Positions 1 to 11,890 of a stretch of 64,000 nucleotides of DNA are shown here, piece after piece. The stretch covers positions 41,670,665-41,734,664 of the forward strand of contig NC_069000.1 in assembly GCF_001194135.2 (NCBI RefSeq), in the 5' to 3' direction. Origin of the DNA: Octopus bimaculoides. Taxonomy: Eukaryota. The notes below the pieces were generated by a model that did not search any database, was not told where the DNA came from, and saw only the letters and a list, made by a program, of their open reading frames with translations. The position numbers and the translations under genes were made by a program. Every line of letters starts with the position of its first letter. Positions within the stretch are counted from its first letter, which is position 1.

Positions 1-9
1 ATGCTTTTA

Positions 10-426
10 GTCTTTTAATTGCTTCAGTCGTTTGACTGCGGCCATACTGGAGCGCCTTGAAAGGCTTTAGTCGAACAAATCGGCCCCAGGACATTTGTTT
101 AAAAAGCCTAGTACTTATTCTATCTGTCTCTTTTGCCGAACCGCTAAGTAACTGGGACGTAAATACACCAACACCAGTTAAATGGTTATGGGGGGGGGAC
201 AAACACAGTCACACACACATGTTATATATATATATATATATATACACACACTCACACATACACACACGACGGGCTTCTTTCAGTTTCCGTCTACCAAAAC
301 CACTCAGAAGGATTTGATCGGCCCGAGGCTATAGTAGAAGACACTTGCCCAAGCTGTCACGATGTGGGACTGAACCCGGAACCATGTGGTTTGGAAGCAA
401 ACCCCTTACCACAACACCCACGCCTG
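10..426 (-). mobile_element. tRNA-derived SINE family A. Other copies: 1195-1580(-), 9611-10181(+), 27107-27500(-), 31825-32095(+), 35813-36142(+), 37405-37812(-), 38799-39155(-), 54655-55056(+), plus many fragments
   Basis: Recurrent head gtggctgtgtggtaagaagcttgc...ggttcagtcccactg, body gcaccttgggcaagtgtcttctactatagcc, internal (TA)/(TG) tract and tail aaacaagtaaaagaat. Confidence 0.85.
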
Positions 427-3185
427 CTGACAATGAGTTCACACGTCTAGTGATCCCGTTGTAATCCCTGTATGCTGTGGCTCGCTCACAGTTTATAAAT
501 ATTGTAGTGTCCAATGCAATGATTTGCCCGGGGACTTGTATCGTTTCTAAGACGGCCTCGCCCACATACCGTCATCTTGTTACGAGGCTGGACGAAGTTG
601 ACGCCGTCATTTGCGGGCACCACAACGGGTGCTTAAATCACCTCTGGTACTTGACTGGTACTTTATTTTATCGGGTCTCAGCAAGTTCAATCTTAGTGTG
701 ATTCGATATCAGAACGTTAATTGACATAATTCAAACTGTCCCTGGCACTTTGCCATGGTGTGTTGCAGCCTCTATCATTTCATTTCACTCTGTAATTCAG
801 TGACTGACATATTATTGCTGTTAAATGTTGTTTTGTTTTCGCCTTTAGAGTCTGACGAACTGTCCATGGGGTGAGGCCCTTTATAGATGCGAAACCATTG
901 GTCACTCGATGACCGGACATAGACTTAACTGCATACAAATACATTACTGCTCTATGCTTTTGGTGTGGGCTTCTTTTTCATATATATATATATATATANN
1001 NNNNNNNNNNNNNNNNNNNNNNNNNNNNNNNNNNNNNNNNNNNNNNNNNNNNNNNNNNNNNNNNNNNNNNNNNNNNNNNNNNNNNNNNNNNNNNNNNNNN
1101 NNNNNNNNNNNNNNNNNNNNNNNNNNNNNNNNNNNNNNNNNNNNNNNNNNNNNNNNNNNNNNNNNNNNNNNNNNNNNNNNNNNNTTATTTATTTATTTAT
1201 TTACTTGTTTCAGTCATTGAAATGCGGCTATGGTGGGGTACAGTCCGTTTAAGGGTATTAGTCGAACAGGTCGACCCCAGTACTTGCTTATTTTTTTTTA
1301 AAAATAAAATCTGGTACTTATTGTATCGATCTCTTGCCTAACTGCAAAGTCACCGAGACATAAACAAGCCGACACCGGTTATCATGCGGTAGTGGGAGAC
1401 AAGCACGCACACACACACACACACACACACACGCACGCACACACACATACCACGATGTACTTCTTTCAGTTTCCGTCTACCAAATCCACTCACGAGGCTA
1501 TAGTAGAAGACGTTTGTCCAGTTCAAAGCACCGCGTGATTGGAAAGCAAGCTTCTTACTAAACAACCAGTGCCCAGGTCCCGTTACAGGGCCTCCGAAAC
1601 CTGTAAGAGCAAGGACCGAAGAGATCCTCAAACCATAAAGCCTGTCCCGTATGTTTGCGACAGGGTGGAACTCTGCTAACGGTACTTCGTGTGCCACAGA
1701 TCATGGTATGGAACAAGGCTGCTGGTTAAGACTCCTACCCAAGAAGGCCTTTGAGCCCTGAATGCAAAGACCCAGAACAAATACCGCAAAGCATCCCAAC
1801 CCGACGTTCTCACACTTCTCTAAATCTCTCCCTCCCTTCTTTATAACAGAACTTTTCCTTTATCGGCCCCGAAAAAAATGAATGGCAAAGTTGACCTCAG
1901 TCCCCAAGGCCAGTACTTAACCTCGCTCCCTAAGGCCGTACTGATCGAGATATGATCGAAGACGTTCCAGCTGTCCTCATCCATCCTGTCATTTTGAATA
2001 TTTTAGACTACATTGTCCAACATGTCCTCCCTCTTATTTTTCTAAAAAGTTAGATTTAACTGCTATTTCTAGTAAATTGAACAATCACTTTGATGGACCT
2101 CTCTTCACTGATTCGTTAATGTTGTTGAGCCTCGAGCAAACCTATCGTCAAAGGTAATCCGCCCATGACCACTTCGCTTTATTCCTGTCCGTATATGTCT
2201 TGGACTGTGTTATATAATCAGTCCGTCATGGTTTCTTTTTAAAGACAAGGTGTGTCTCGCAAAACATTTGGCTGTTATTTCTAGCGGCAGTACCATCACA
2301 TAGATGCTCCCACGTTTGTGTATTGATGGTGTTGCGATCTTTTCTGTTGTTGTTTCATCACAGGCCTGATTAAGCAGATTTATGAACCTGTAATCAAAGA
2401 GGTGCCAACCGTGGCCACCTCGTTTATTTTATTCATTTTTAATTCCAGTATGTCTTTCCGTTGTTTGCCGCAAACGCAGCGATCCCGACGGGACGATAAA
2501 CATCCTAACTGTTGTCGTTACTGGTTGTTGTTTAGTCCCAAGTAAAACTTAATCATGCAGATCTACCGACCACTAAAAGGTATCCATCCTAACCGTGACT
2601 CTCCCATCTGAAAGCTTCCATTATTATATTCACAATATGTCCGCCTTTGTTTATCTTATCGAAACACATGTACAAAGGTTTACCGATTCTAGTGACTTGG
2701 GTACCTCGTTCTTATCGATCCACCCCAGTAGGACGGTTTGAAAGGCATGGCAAAATCGATGACCTCAGCCGGATTTGAACTTCGTCTGGAAAGGGACGAA
2801 ACTAAATATCTGAGTAAATGATGCTCTACCGATTCGCCGGCATTCAACTGTCCCGTGATTATGATAATAATTGAGTTATAAGCATTGTATATATTAACTT
2901 TCTTTCTCTCTCTCTCTCCGTCTCTTTCTTTATATACCATTCATCTCACTTTCTTCTTCTGTATCTCTCTATTTCTGTCTATCTGACCCTCTATCTCCCG
3001 CTCCTCCTCTTTCTCTCTGACCCTCTTCCTCCCTGTGTTGTCTATGTGTTCCTCTCTCCTATTTCCCTGTCTTTCTTTTTCCCTCTGCCTGTTTCTGTTT
3101 GTCTATCTATATCCACCACCACCACCCTCTCTTTATCTCTCACTGTCTACATGTCCCTTTCCCTTCCTTTCTTTCCGTTTCTCTC

Positions 3186-3244
<59 letters not shown>
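3186..3244. repeat. (CT)n microsatellite. Others: (CT)n 29995-30070; (TA)n 4922-4974; (TAA)n 39722-39786; (TTA)n 50012-50093; (TCCA)/(TAGA) 12410-12710; degenerate (CA)n 58590-59002
   Basis: Read directly from the sequence. Confidence 0.95.
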
Positions 3245-3246
<2 letters not shown>

Positions 3247-3899
3247 TGTAACTTCCAATTCTGTCGGTTTGCATTTTATCTGTCCCTACCATTCGTTCAT
3301 CACTTTTGGTGGTGGAAAAAGGAGTGACGGGGTAGAGTAGAGGTGGTTGGGGTGCGTAATCAATAAAATAACGATTTGTAAGTTTGGAACAATGCCACAC
3401 AACAAATTTAATATGGTATGAAGGGGGAACGCTTATAAGCGAATTCAACCACCACCACCGCCACCACCACTACCACCACCATTCCCTGGCGAGGGTCTGA
3501 ACTCAGGAACGTATTTAAACACTTGTGGAGCATATTTCTTCTGTTAGCTCACTCTTGTGGCTTTCTATTACTTCATTACTGGTGGCGGTGGTGGTGGTGT
3601 CGGTGGTGAAAAGCTAGAAAAATATTGTCTTGCATAAGCACAATACCAGACAATTGGGGGCAAAGTGGGGGATTAATTGATTATAAAATTGAACCCGAGT
3701 ATTCAATATGTACTTTATTTTACTGACACCCGTCTGTACCGAGAGGATAAAAGCGAGGTTGACTTTGGTAGGATTTCAAGCCAGAAGGAACTTCGCAAAG
3801 TATTTCGTCTGATGCTGTAGAACAGGGGTTGGGAGATTCCCACCTGTGGGTACAATTGCGCCCGAATGCTGATATCCTCGTATGTTCGAAATATAGTAA

Positions 3900-4240
3900 A
3901 TTACCATTTTGAGCGTGGCCGTTGCCAGTACCGCCTGACTGGCCTTCGTAGGATTTTCAAGCGAGATCGTTGCCAGTGCCCCTGGACTGGCTCTTGTGCG
4001 GGTGACACATAAAATACACCATTTTGTGTGTGGCCGTTGCCAGTACCGCCTGACTGGCCTTCGTGCGGGTGACACGTAAAAGCACCCACTACACTCTTGG
4101 AGTGGTTGGCGTTAGGAAGGGCATCCAGCTGTAGAAACTCTGCCAAATCAGATTGGAGCCTGGTTTCACCAGTCCTCAGTCAAATCATTCAACCCATGCT
4201 AGCATGGAAAACGGATGTTAAACGATGATGATGATGATTA
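3900..4240 (+). mobile_element. Retroposon family D ending in a (GAT)n tail (LINE-type 3' end, probably RTE-related). Other copies near 14270-14690, 18590-18930, 21050-21290, 24715-25560, 32690-32865, 33467-33676, 42040-42161, 57300-57640, 59760-59930
   Basis: Shared ggttggcgttaggaagggcatccagctgtagaaac...catgctagcatggaaagcggacgttaaacgatgatgat; internal tandem repeats ggccgttgccagtaccgcctgactgg. Confidence 0.7.
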
Positions 4241-4909
4241 TGTGACACAATTTCAATTTAATTTTTTTTTCTTTCCTTTGGTCAGTAAGTGTTATTTCCG
4301 ATTTGCTTCCATCTAGAAATCAAAAGAAATGACTAGTTTCCTTGCTTTTGTGATGTGGACATCAATATTTGGAAACTGACCTATTTTCCATTACATTTCA
4401 GATAGATTCAATGCTGAGTTGGTGAGCAAATATTCTGCTCAATACCACAGCTCTGCTTGTCAGTTGCTTGATCTTAGCCACTTGAACATGTCCCTTGATG
4501 GCTGACAATATGTGCATCTCTGACCCCGAGCAGGAGTAGTGGGGAAGCTTCGTAGCCATGTGTTGAGAGGGATTCTTTGGGGGTTTGAATATATGTGACA
4601 AAAGCAAAATATGAAGGAAATATTAACCATTTTTCTTACTTTTTAGGGATAAGCAAATGGGAAATAACAATTGTTAACCCAAGACAAAAATCACGTTTCC
4701 ACAGTGTAATCCAATGTCTCTGACATCATAAAGATAGTGTCTACATATGTAGGGTACAGACATAACTGCATGGTTAAGACGCTCACTTTGCAGTCACTTG
4801 CTTTCAGGTTCAGTCCCACTGCATGGCACCTTGGGGTTATACTATTATGGCCCTAGGCCAACCAATGCTGCATGAGGGAATTTGGATGATGGACACCGTG
4901 TATGTACAT

Positions 4910-4974
<65 letters not shown>

Positions 4975-7417
4975 NNNNNNNNNNNNNNNNNNNNNNNNNN
5001 NNNNNNNNNNNNNNNNNNNNNNNNNNNNNNNNNNNNNNNNNNNNNNNNNNNNNNNNNNNNNNNNNNNNNNNNNNNNNNNNNNNNNNNNNNNNNNNNNNNN
5101 NNNNNNNNNNNNNNNNNNNNNNNNNNNNNNNNNNNNNNNNNNNNNNNNNNNNNNNNNNNNNNNNNNNNNNNNNNNNNNNNNNNNNNNNNNNNNNNNNNNN
5201 NNNNNNNNNNNNNNNNNNNNNNNNNNNNNNNNNNNNNNNNNNNNNNNNNNNNNNNNNNNNNNNNNNNNNNNNNNNNNNNNNNNNNNNNNNNNNNNNNNNN
5301 NNNNNNNNNNNNNNNNNNNNNNNNNNNNNNNNNNNNNNNNNNNNNNNNNNNNNNNNNNNNNNNNNNNNNNNNNNNNNNNNNNNNNNNNNNNNNNNNNNNN
5401 NNNNNNNNNNNNNNNNNNNNNNNNNNNNNNNNNNNNNNNNNNNNNNNNNNNNNNNNNNNNNNNNNNNNNNNNNNNNNNNNNNNNNNNNNNNNNNNNNNNN
5501 NNNNNNNNNNNNNNNNNNNNNNNNNNNNNNNNNNNNNNNNNNNNNNNNNNNNNNNNNNNNNNNNNNNNNNNNNNNNNNNNNNNNNNNNNNNNNNNNNNNN
5601 NNNNNNNNNNNNNNNNNNNNNNNNNNNNNNNNNNNNNNNNNNNNNNNNNNNNNNNNNNNNNNNNNNNNNNNNNNNNNNNNNNNNNNNNNNNNNNNNNNNN
5701 NNNNNNNNNNNNTTACATTCCCATAGATGTTTGGTATAAGGGACTATTAGAATAAGTATCAGACTTTAAAAAAAAAAAAGAATACCTCCTGGGTCAATTT
5801 GTTCAACTGCACCTTTCAAGGCAGTGCTCCAGCATGATCACAACCCAGTGACTGAAGGAAGTAAAGCGTATATGTATGCGAACCCATCCTGCATCCCAGT
5901 TTGTGTTGAATTGCCATTCAATGACAGCAGTGGCCCCAAAACATGTGGTACTGAGGAGAGAGCAGACCCTCGATGAACCAAACATGTGATTTTTGGAACT
6001 CTTTTGGTTGGTTGGACCACTTAGGTCAGGGGTCAGAGAACTCTTTTTAACCAATGTGTGTGTGTGTGTGTGTATTGGACTGAGTTATGTATTTCTCTAT
6101 GCCTCTAATTCTTTGTATCTCACTCTTGTTGTCTTTCTCTCTCTCGCCCTCCTTTTTATTGCATATTCTTCTATTTGTCTTTCCCTCCACCTCACCCCAT
6201 TGTCTCCCTCTCTCTCTCTCTTTTCTCTCTCTCCTAGCCTTTGTATCTTTATTCCATTCGCAATGTTTATCCAAGCCATTTGGCTGTCCGTCTGTTTGCT
6301 TGATGGAGGTTGAACTTATTGATTTTGGTATAAGAGGCGGTTGGTGGGAGGAACGGTCATTCTTTGCATCTTTCCATTTGCGTGGGCATAAATATTTCTA
6401 TAATTCATATAAACATTCTATACATTCTCTCTCTCTCTTTCTCTCTCTCTCTCATGTTTTCTTCTCTTTCTTTCTCGTTCTCAATCTCTATTATCTATCT
6501 ATAATTTCTACCCCGTTCTCCTGCTTTATGCATCTTTTCCTTTCCCTCTGTCTGTCTGTCTTTCTCTCTGCTTGTTTATCTATCTATCTATCTTTCTATT
6601 TCTTTCTTTGAATGTCCATTTGTCTGTCTATTTCTTTCTCCCTCTCTCTCTATCTACCCATCTTGCTATCTCCCCCCCTCTTTCCCTTTCTCTCCACACA
6701 TGCACACTACACATTGTATAACAAAACTCTGAGCTACAAATCGTTTCTATCTGTTGATAAATCATCAAGTCCTCCAGCCCTGCTCTTTCATAAGGCAAGT
6801 TCACAAACAAGTAAGGGTTAGTGACAGAGAGGGCACCCAACTGCAAAACAATGTTTCAGTATGTATTTGCTGCTAGGTTGGAAAAATACATTTAACCATT
6901 TGCCTATCCAAAGCCTTTTCATAAGTTTGTCTTAAACGTCCATGCTTATTTCCAGACTCTTAGTTGTCCCTTTTTTCATATGCTCTCAGTAATATAAAGT
7001 TTTCTTTTTATGAGTCCCAAGTTAATCTGGTGGTTGAAATAAAATTGAGAATGTGAGTCATATAAGATGCCTGGATGTCAGAGAAACATGTTCTGTGTAT
7101 CATAAGTGATATACTGGATAGGTAAGGTGTTAATAGAATTCCAGCGATGACCATTATGTCTTTTAAAAAAAATGTTCCATCTGTGATCATCACATCTTTT
7201 TAGCCTTTCGCCTGTCCAAAGCATTTTCTTAAATTTGTCCTAAATTTGTCTTCGCTTGTTTCATACATTATGAGTAATATAAATCGTTCCTTTCCTAAGT
7301 CCAAAGTTAATCTGGTGGTTGAAATAATCTGGAAATGTGTACCATATACGATGGATGGACATCAGGAGATAACCCAATTTTTTAATGTGGGTGAGATAAC
7401 GAAGAAGTACCTTTTGT

Positions 7418-7730
7418 GAAGGTGCATGGCTCAGTGGTTAGAGCGTCGAGCTTATGATTGTGAAGTTGTGAGTTCGATTCCTGGACCGGGCTGCATGTTG
7501 TGTTCTTGAGCAAAACACTTTATTTCACGTTGCTCCAGTTAACTCATCTGTAGAAATGAGTTGCGACGTCACAGGTACCAAGCTGTATCGGCCCCTTTGC
7601 CTATCCCTTGAATAACACTGGTGGCGTAGAGAGGGGAAGCTGGTGTGCATGGGTGACTGCTGGTCTTCCATAAACAGCCTTGCCCGAACTTGTGCCTCAG
7701 AAGGTAAACTTTCTAGGTTCAATCCCTACA
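7418..7730 (+). mobile_element. SINE family C (tRNA head, Deu/Nin-like core). Other copies: 18122-18400, 55850-56090, 63641-63969(-)
   Basis: ggtgcatggctcagtggttagagcg...gagttcgattcc; core gttcttgagcaaaacactttatttcacgttgctccag...gctgtagaaatgag. Confidence 0.8.
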
Positions 7731-9610
7731 TCTACATGTATACCATTCCTATTAAGGAGGCCAAAAGTCAACAATGTGTTGAAGTATTGAATCAAAAGGA
7801 TCTAACCCTTTTAATCCAATCTCTTGTCACCACATTTTAATGGGGAGATAACCCAATTTTTTAATGGGGATGAGATAACCAAAAGTACCTTTGTAAGATT
7901 ATCCCAAATGTCCAGCTTATTTCTAAGCTCCTAGTAATCCCTTGTTTCATATGTTCTCGGGAAATGTGTCCTATGTAGGCACGTGTCATCAGTAATTACT
8001 CGGGATTGACAGTTGGTGACCTTTATGAAGTAAAACACACAAAAAATAAATGAAATACAGGCATGCGACTTAATTGGAGGCAGATTTCCTTCTGCTTTTA
8101 TAGTACGTAAAGAAAACGTTGTTAAAAGAGTGTACACAGCACGTGTACTACAGCAGTATTAGGTGTAGCTTAAATACTGAGATTGAAAAGCAGGGGCGAA
8201 TTATGCCAACAAAAAAAACAATTAAATATTTTGCATTTTATGCAGAGTAATCAGAATAACCTTCATAGTTTAATTGAATTAGGGGCATATTTTGCCATAA
8301 AAGGAAAATGTTGCTATCGATCTATTTTATTCAAGGTAGGCACGGCCTACCTAGGCGGAACATCCCTGGTCCCATGTGTCATATGCGATACACAGGACAG
8401 GCAAAGTACTGGGATTTTAAAAATATAAGTACCAGGGTGGGTTCATTTGAGTAAAATTCTTGAAGGTCGTGCTCCAGCATGGCTGCATTTTAATGGTTAA
8501 AACAAGTTAAAAGATGAAAAAACAAAGATAAAAACATAGCTGCTCAATCTGCTTGAAATAACAGCCAAAAAACAAAAAGCAAAAGCAGAAGAAAACCCCA
8601 GAAAGGTGACATTAGATCTTGGCCCCATGAGGTGTATCTAGATCCTTAGATACACTGTGCTTGAAAAATGGGCGGAGAGAGGAAAAAAAAGGACTGGATG
8701 ATCATCATCAGATTGCTTTTTAATTGCAGCTGTATTGGATCTAATCCAACCCAGGGCTAAACAGTAACCTGCATCACCACCACCACCACCACCACCACCA
8801 CCACTACTGTAGTCACCACCTGCTTCAGCAGCAGCAGCAGTAGCTGTAGCAGCAGCAACAGCACAATAAGCACATTTGTCTTAGATTGAGATAATGACAC
8901 ATACAGTAAACATATATAAACTTGGGATGACCTGCTAATAGTAGTAGTGGTGGTCGTGGCGGCTGTGATGGTGGTGCTTGTGGTGGGTGTGTTCATAGTG
9001 ATGAGGTGATGTTTCTAGTGGTGGTGGTAGTAGTAACGGTGGTAGTGGTGATGGTGATGCTGGTAGTTCAGTGGCAGCAGCAGCTGCAGAGGTGGTGGTG
9101 ATGGTGGTGTAAACCTATGCCACTCCCTAGCCTTTCCTTTGCACCAGGTTCCCCTCCCATCAGTTCCCACCTCCCCCAAACCAAAACCACCATCACATTG
9201 CTTCTCCTTCCCCACAACTCCTTTCTCACCCCAACCTCTCACCACCACCACCACCTCCTCCTCCATACCCTTTTGTCCTCTTTGCCACATTCACTTTCAC
9301 TTTGAGGACTTGACTCATGCCAGAGGTGGGGAGGGGAGGGAGGATGAGGGTAGAAAGGGGTGGGTGGGAAGAGAGAGATGTAAGAACCCTTCTTTCCTCT
9401 ACTGCCTTGCTCTGCCCCAAAATTACTACCACAGCAACAACAACAACAGCTACAGCTAACAGAGCAGTGTCTGCAAAAGCTTTTGGTGTGTATGTGTATA
9501 AATGCAGTGCATGCGCATACATCTTTGTGCATCTTCATGCACATAAGCATACAGTCATGCATTATATATATCTGTATAACAGAGATGGATGTATGGCTGT
9601 ATTTATATAT

Positions 9611-9815
9611 AGGCACCGCCGTGGCTGTGTGGTAAGAAGCTTGCTTCCCAACCACATGGTTCCAGGTTCAGTCCCACTGTGTGGCACCATGGGCAAGTGT
9701 CTACTACTGTAGCCTTGGGCCAACCAAAGCCTTGTAAATGGATAATGGATTTGGCAGACAGAAACTGAAAGAAGCTTGTCATATATATATATGTATCTAT
9801 ATATATATATATATA

Positions 9816-9852
<37 letters not shown>

Positions 9853-10181
9853 TGTAGTAATGTGTTTTGAATGGCACAACAGTGCATTGTTGTGCCATTG
9901 AAAACACATTATTACTATTTATTATTATTGTTTACAAACAATATACAATGCTTCAAGTGAACTACAATACTCTCCTATGTGTGTTTGTCCCCCACCATCA
10001 CCTGACAACCAATACTGGTGTGTTTATAGCTTACTGAACTTAGTGGTTCAGCAAAAGAGATTGATAGCATAAGAGCTAGGCTTACAAAGAATAAGTCCTG
10101 CAGTCAATTTCTTCGACTAAAGCCCTTTAAGGTAGTGCCCCAGTATGGCTGCAGTAAAAAGACTGAAACAAGTAAAAGAAT
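9611..10181 (+). mobile_element. SINE family A copy
   Basis: Full head-to-tail match to the other copies; CpGs largely decayed. Confidence 0.85.
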
Positions 10182-10284
10182 ATGGTTTGTATGTGTGTGT
10201 ATATTCATGTGTGTGCGTGTGTATATATGTTTTCATATCTGTCTGTTCTAGCTATCTATCTATCTATCTATCTATATCTATATA

Positions 10285-10481
10285 TGAGGGTGAGTCAAAA
10301 AGTAATGCCATTTTGTTTAGGACTGGTATAAATTACCAACACAGGAACAGGTATCATGCATCAAAATGAAGCTGGTCCTCTGTGGATCACATCCCTACTT
10401 CTCAACATAGTCTCAATAGCAATGTTCCACCTTCGAATGAGAGCATGTATCCCTGCCCCGTAAAATTCTGTTGACTGTTCT
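10285..10481 (-). mobile_element. Mariner 3'-end remnant
   Basis: TA followed by TIR-like (c/t)gagggtgagtcaaaaagtaa; minus strand reads KEQSTEFYGAGIHALIRRWNIAIE..YVEK*, a mariner transposase C-terminus. Confidence 0.7.
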
Positions 10482-10981
10482 TTATTTATTTATTTATTTA
10501 TTTACATATATATGAAAGAAAATAGAGATTGGGAAGTTAATTATTATTTATTATTAACAGCAAATTAATCATCATCCCAATATACACACACACACACAAG
10601 TTTATAAAGCAAGATAGAACAAACAGGCTTTAATCACAAATCACAATTATTTCTGTTCAATGATAACAGTTGTTAATTGCTGAGTTTTCCATTCCATGTT
10701 ATATAAATAAATATTATATACATAAATATGATCCAGTGTCCAGCTTAATGCCAAAAGGGTTAATTTTCTGACTAAGTTGTAGAAAAATATTGAAAACAGA
10801 ACCAAAAATTGTTGAAAATGTTATCAACCTGCTCTCTTTTCTTTCTTTATATTTACAGGGATTCTTGTTTCTTTTATGTCCACTGTCAACTACATAACTT
10901 GTGTTCCTGTAAAGAAACACCAAAATTGATAAGAACCTCTGAACCATCAATTGAGAAACTGTCTCTAGTTCTATCGGAAGA

Positions 10982-11890
10982 ATGTTATACAAAAATGAAT
11001 TCCAGTTTAATTCCCTCCATTTGTTATTTAATTTGAATGAGAACATTCTCCGTATTTTCCTATGGAGTCTCAACCAACTTCTTGGACTTTTTGTCTTGAC
11101 CACTCCAGAAATGGACAGTATATTTACCATCCTTTTAAACATGACTCTTGTCTTGCCCTGTTTAGTTCTCCTTTTTGTTACTTTACCATTGGGTATTGTT
11201 GGATTTTTCATACGATGTGCCTTGCACCAATTCAGGAAACCCTATGTGTATAGCTACCAAAAACCAATGTTTCTAGACATCAGCAGGGTACCCTGTAAAG
11301 TGGCTATCGCCACGTCCAATGTCTGCCTCCTGCCAGAGTTTCTTTCTCGCTACAATAATTTGCTAGACGGTGATCGAAGGGCGCGGTTAATTGGCGAGAG
11401 GATAGTTGACGATGAATGTCTGAACCTCAAAAGAAGTAACGACGTTAGTGAAGGCAACAACACTAGAGCTAACTGTGATAATCACGCATTACATTCTTCA
11501 TGCAATGGTCCAGAAACTGCTTCACACAATAATCTGAATTCTAACTTTTCTTCTTATCACAAAGACAGTAACCATATCCACATGAGAAACGTGAATGATT
11601 CAAAAGCTTTCAACAGAGAGATCCTGGCACATTTTCCCCAACTTGATTTTGTCTGTTTCCAAGAAACATGGAACCGAGACTTGGCCAAAAAACTCCTACA
11701 TAAAATCCATCCTGTTTTTCCATACATAATTTACGATGTAGGTGTGATGAACATGTCCAGCAACAGGTTCCTAATCAACAGCGGACTGATGGTTGCCAGC
11801 AAATACCCTGTCGAAGATGTTGAATTCAAGTGGTTTAAGCAGTCGACTTTGGCCTGCCGCTTCAGTGGCAAAGGTTTACTTATGGTCAAG
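10982..11890 (+). CDS. SMPD3: SMPD3-like coding exon 1 (exon starts at 10859; 303 codons)
   Basis: Acceptor ctttctttatatttacag|GG; ORF MLYKNEF...GKGLLMVK; donor AAG|gtaagc. Confidence 0.95.

Noticed and set aside
4823-5755. Long ORFs spanning N runs or made of IY/HT/VC/LS repeats (also 22760-23422, 28295-29077, 46219-46956, 48573-49313, 58438-59263)
   Set aside because: Translations of gaps and microsatellites, not genes.
10714-11211. 165-aa minus-strand ORF
   Set aside because: Antisense shadow of SMPD3-like exon 1, with no recognisable domain.
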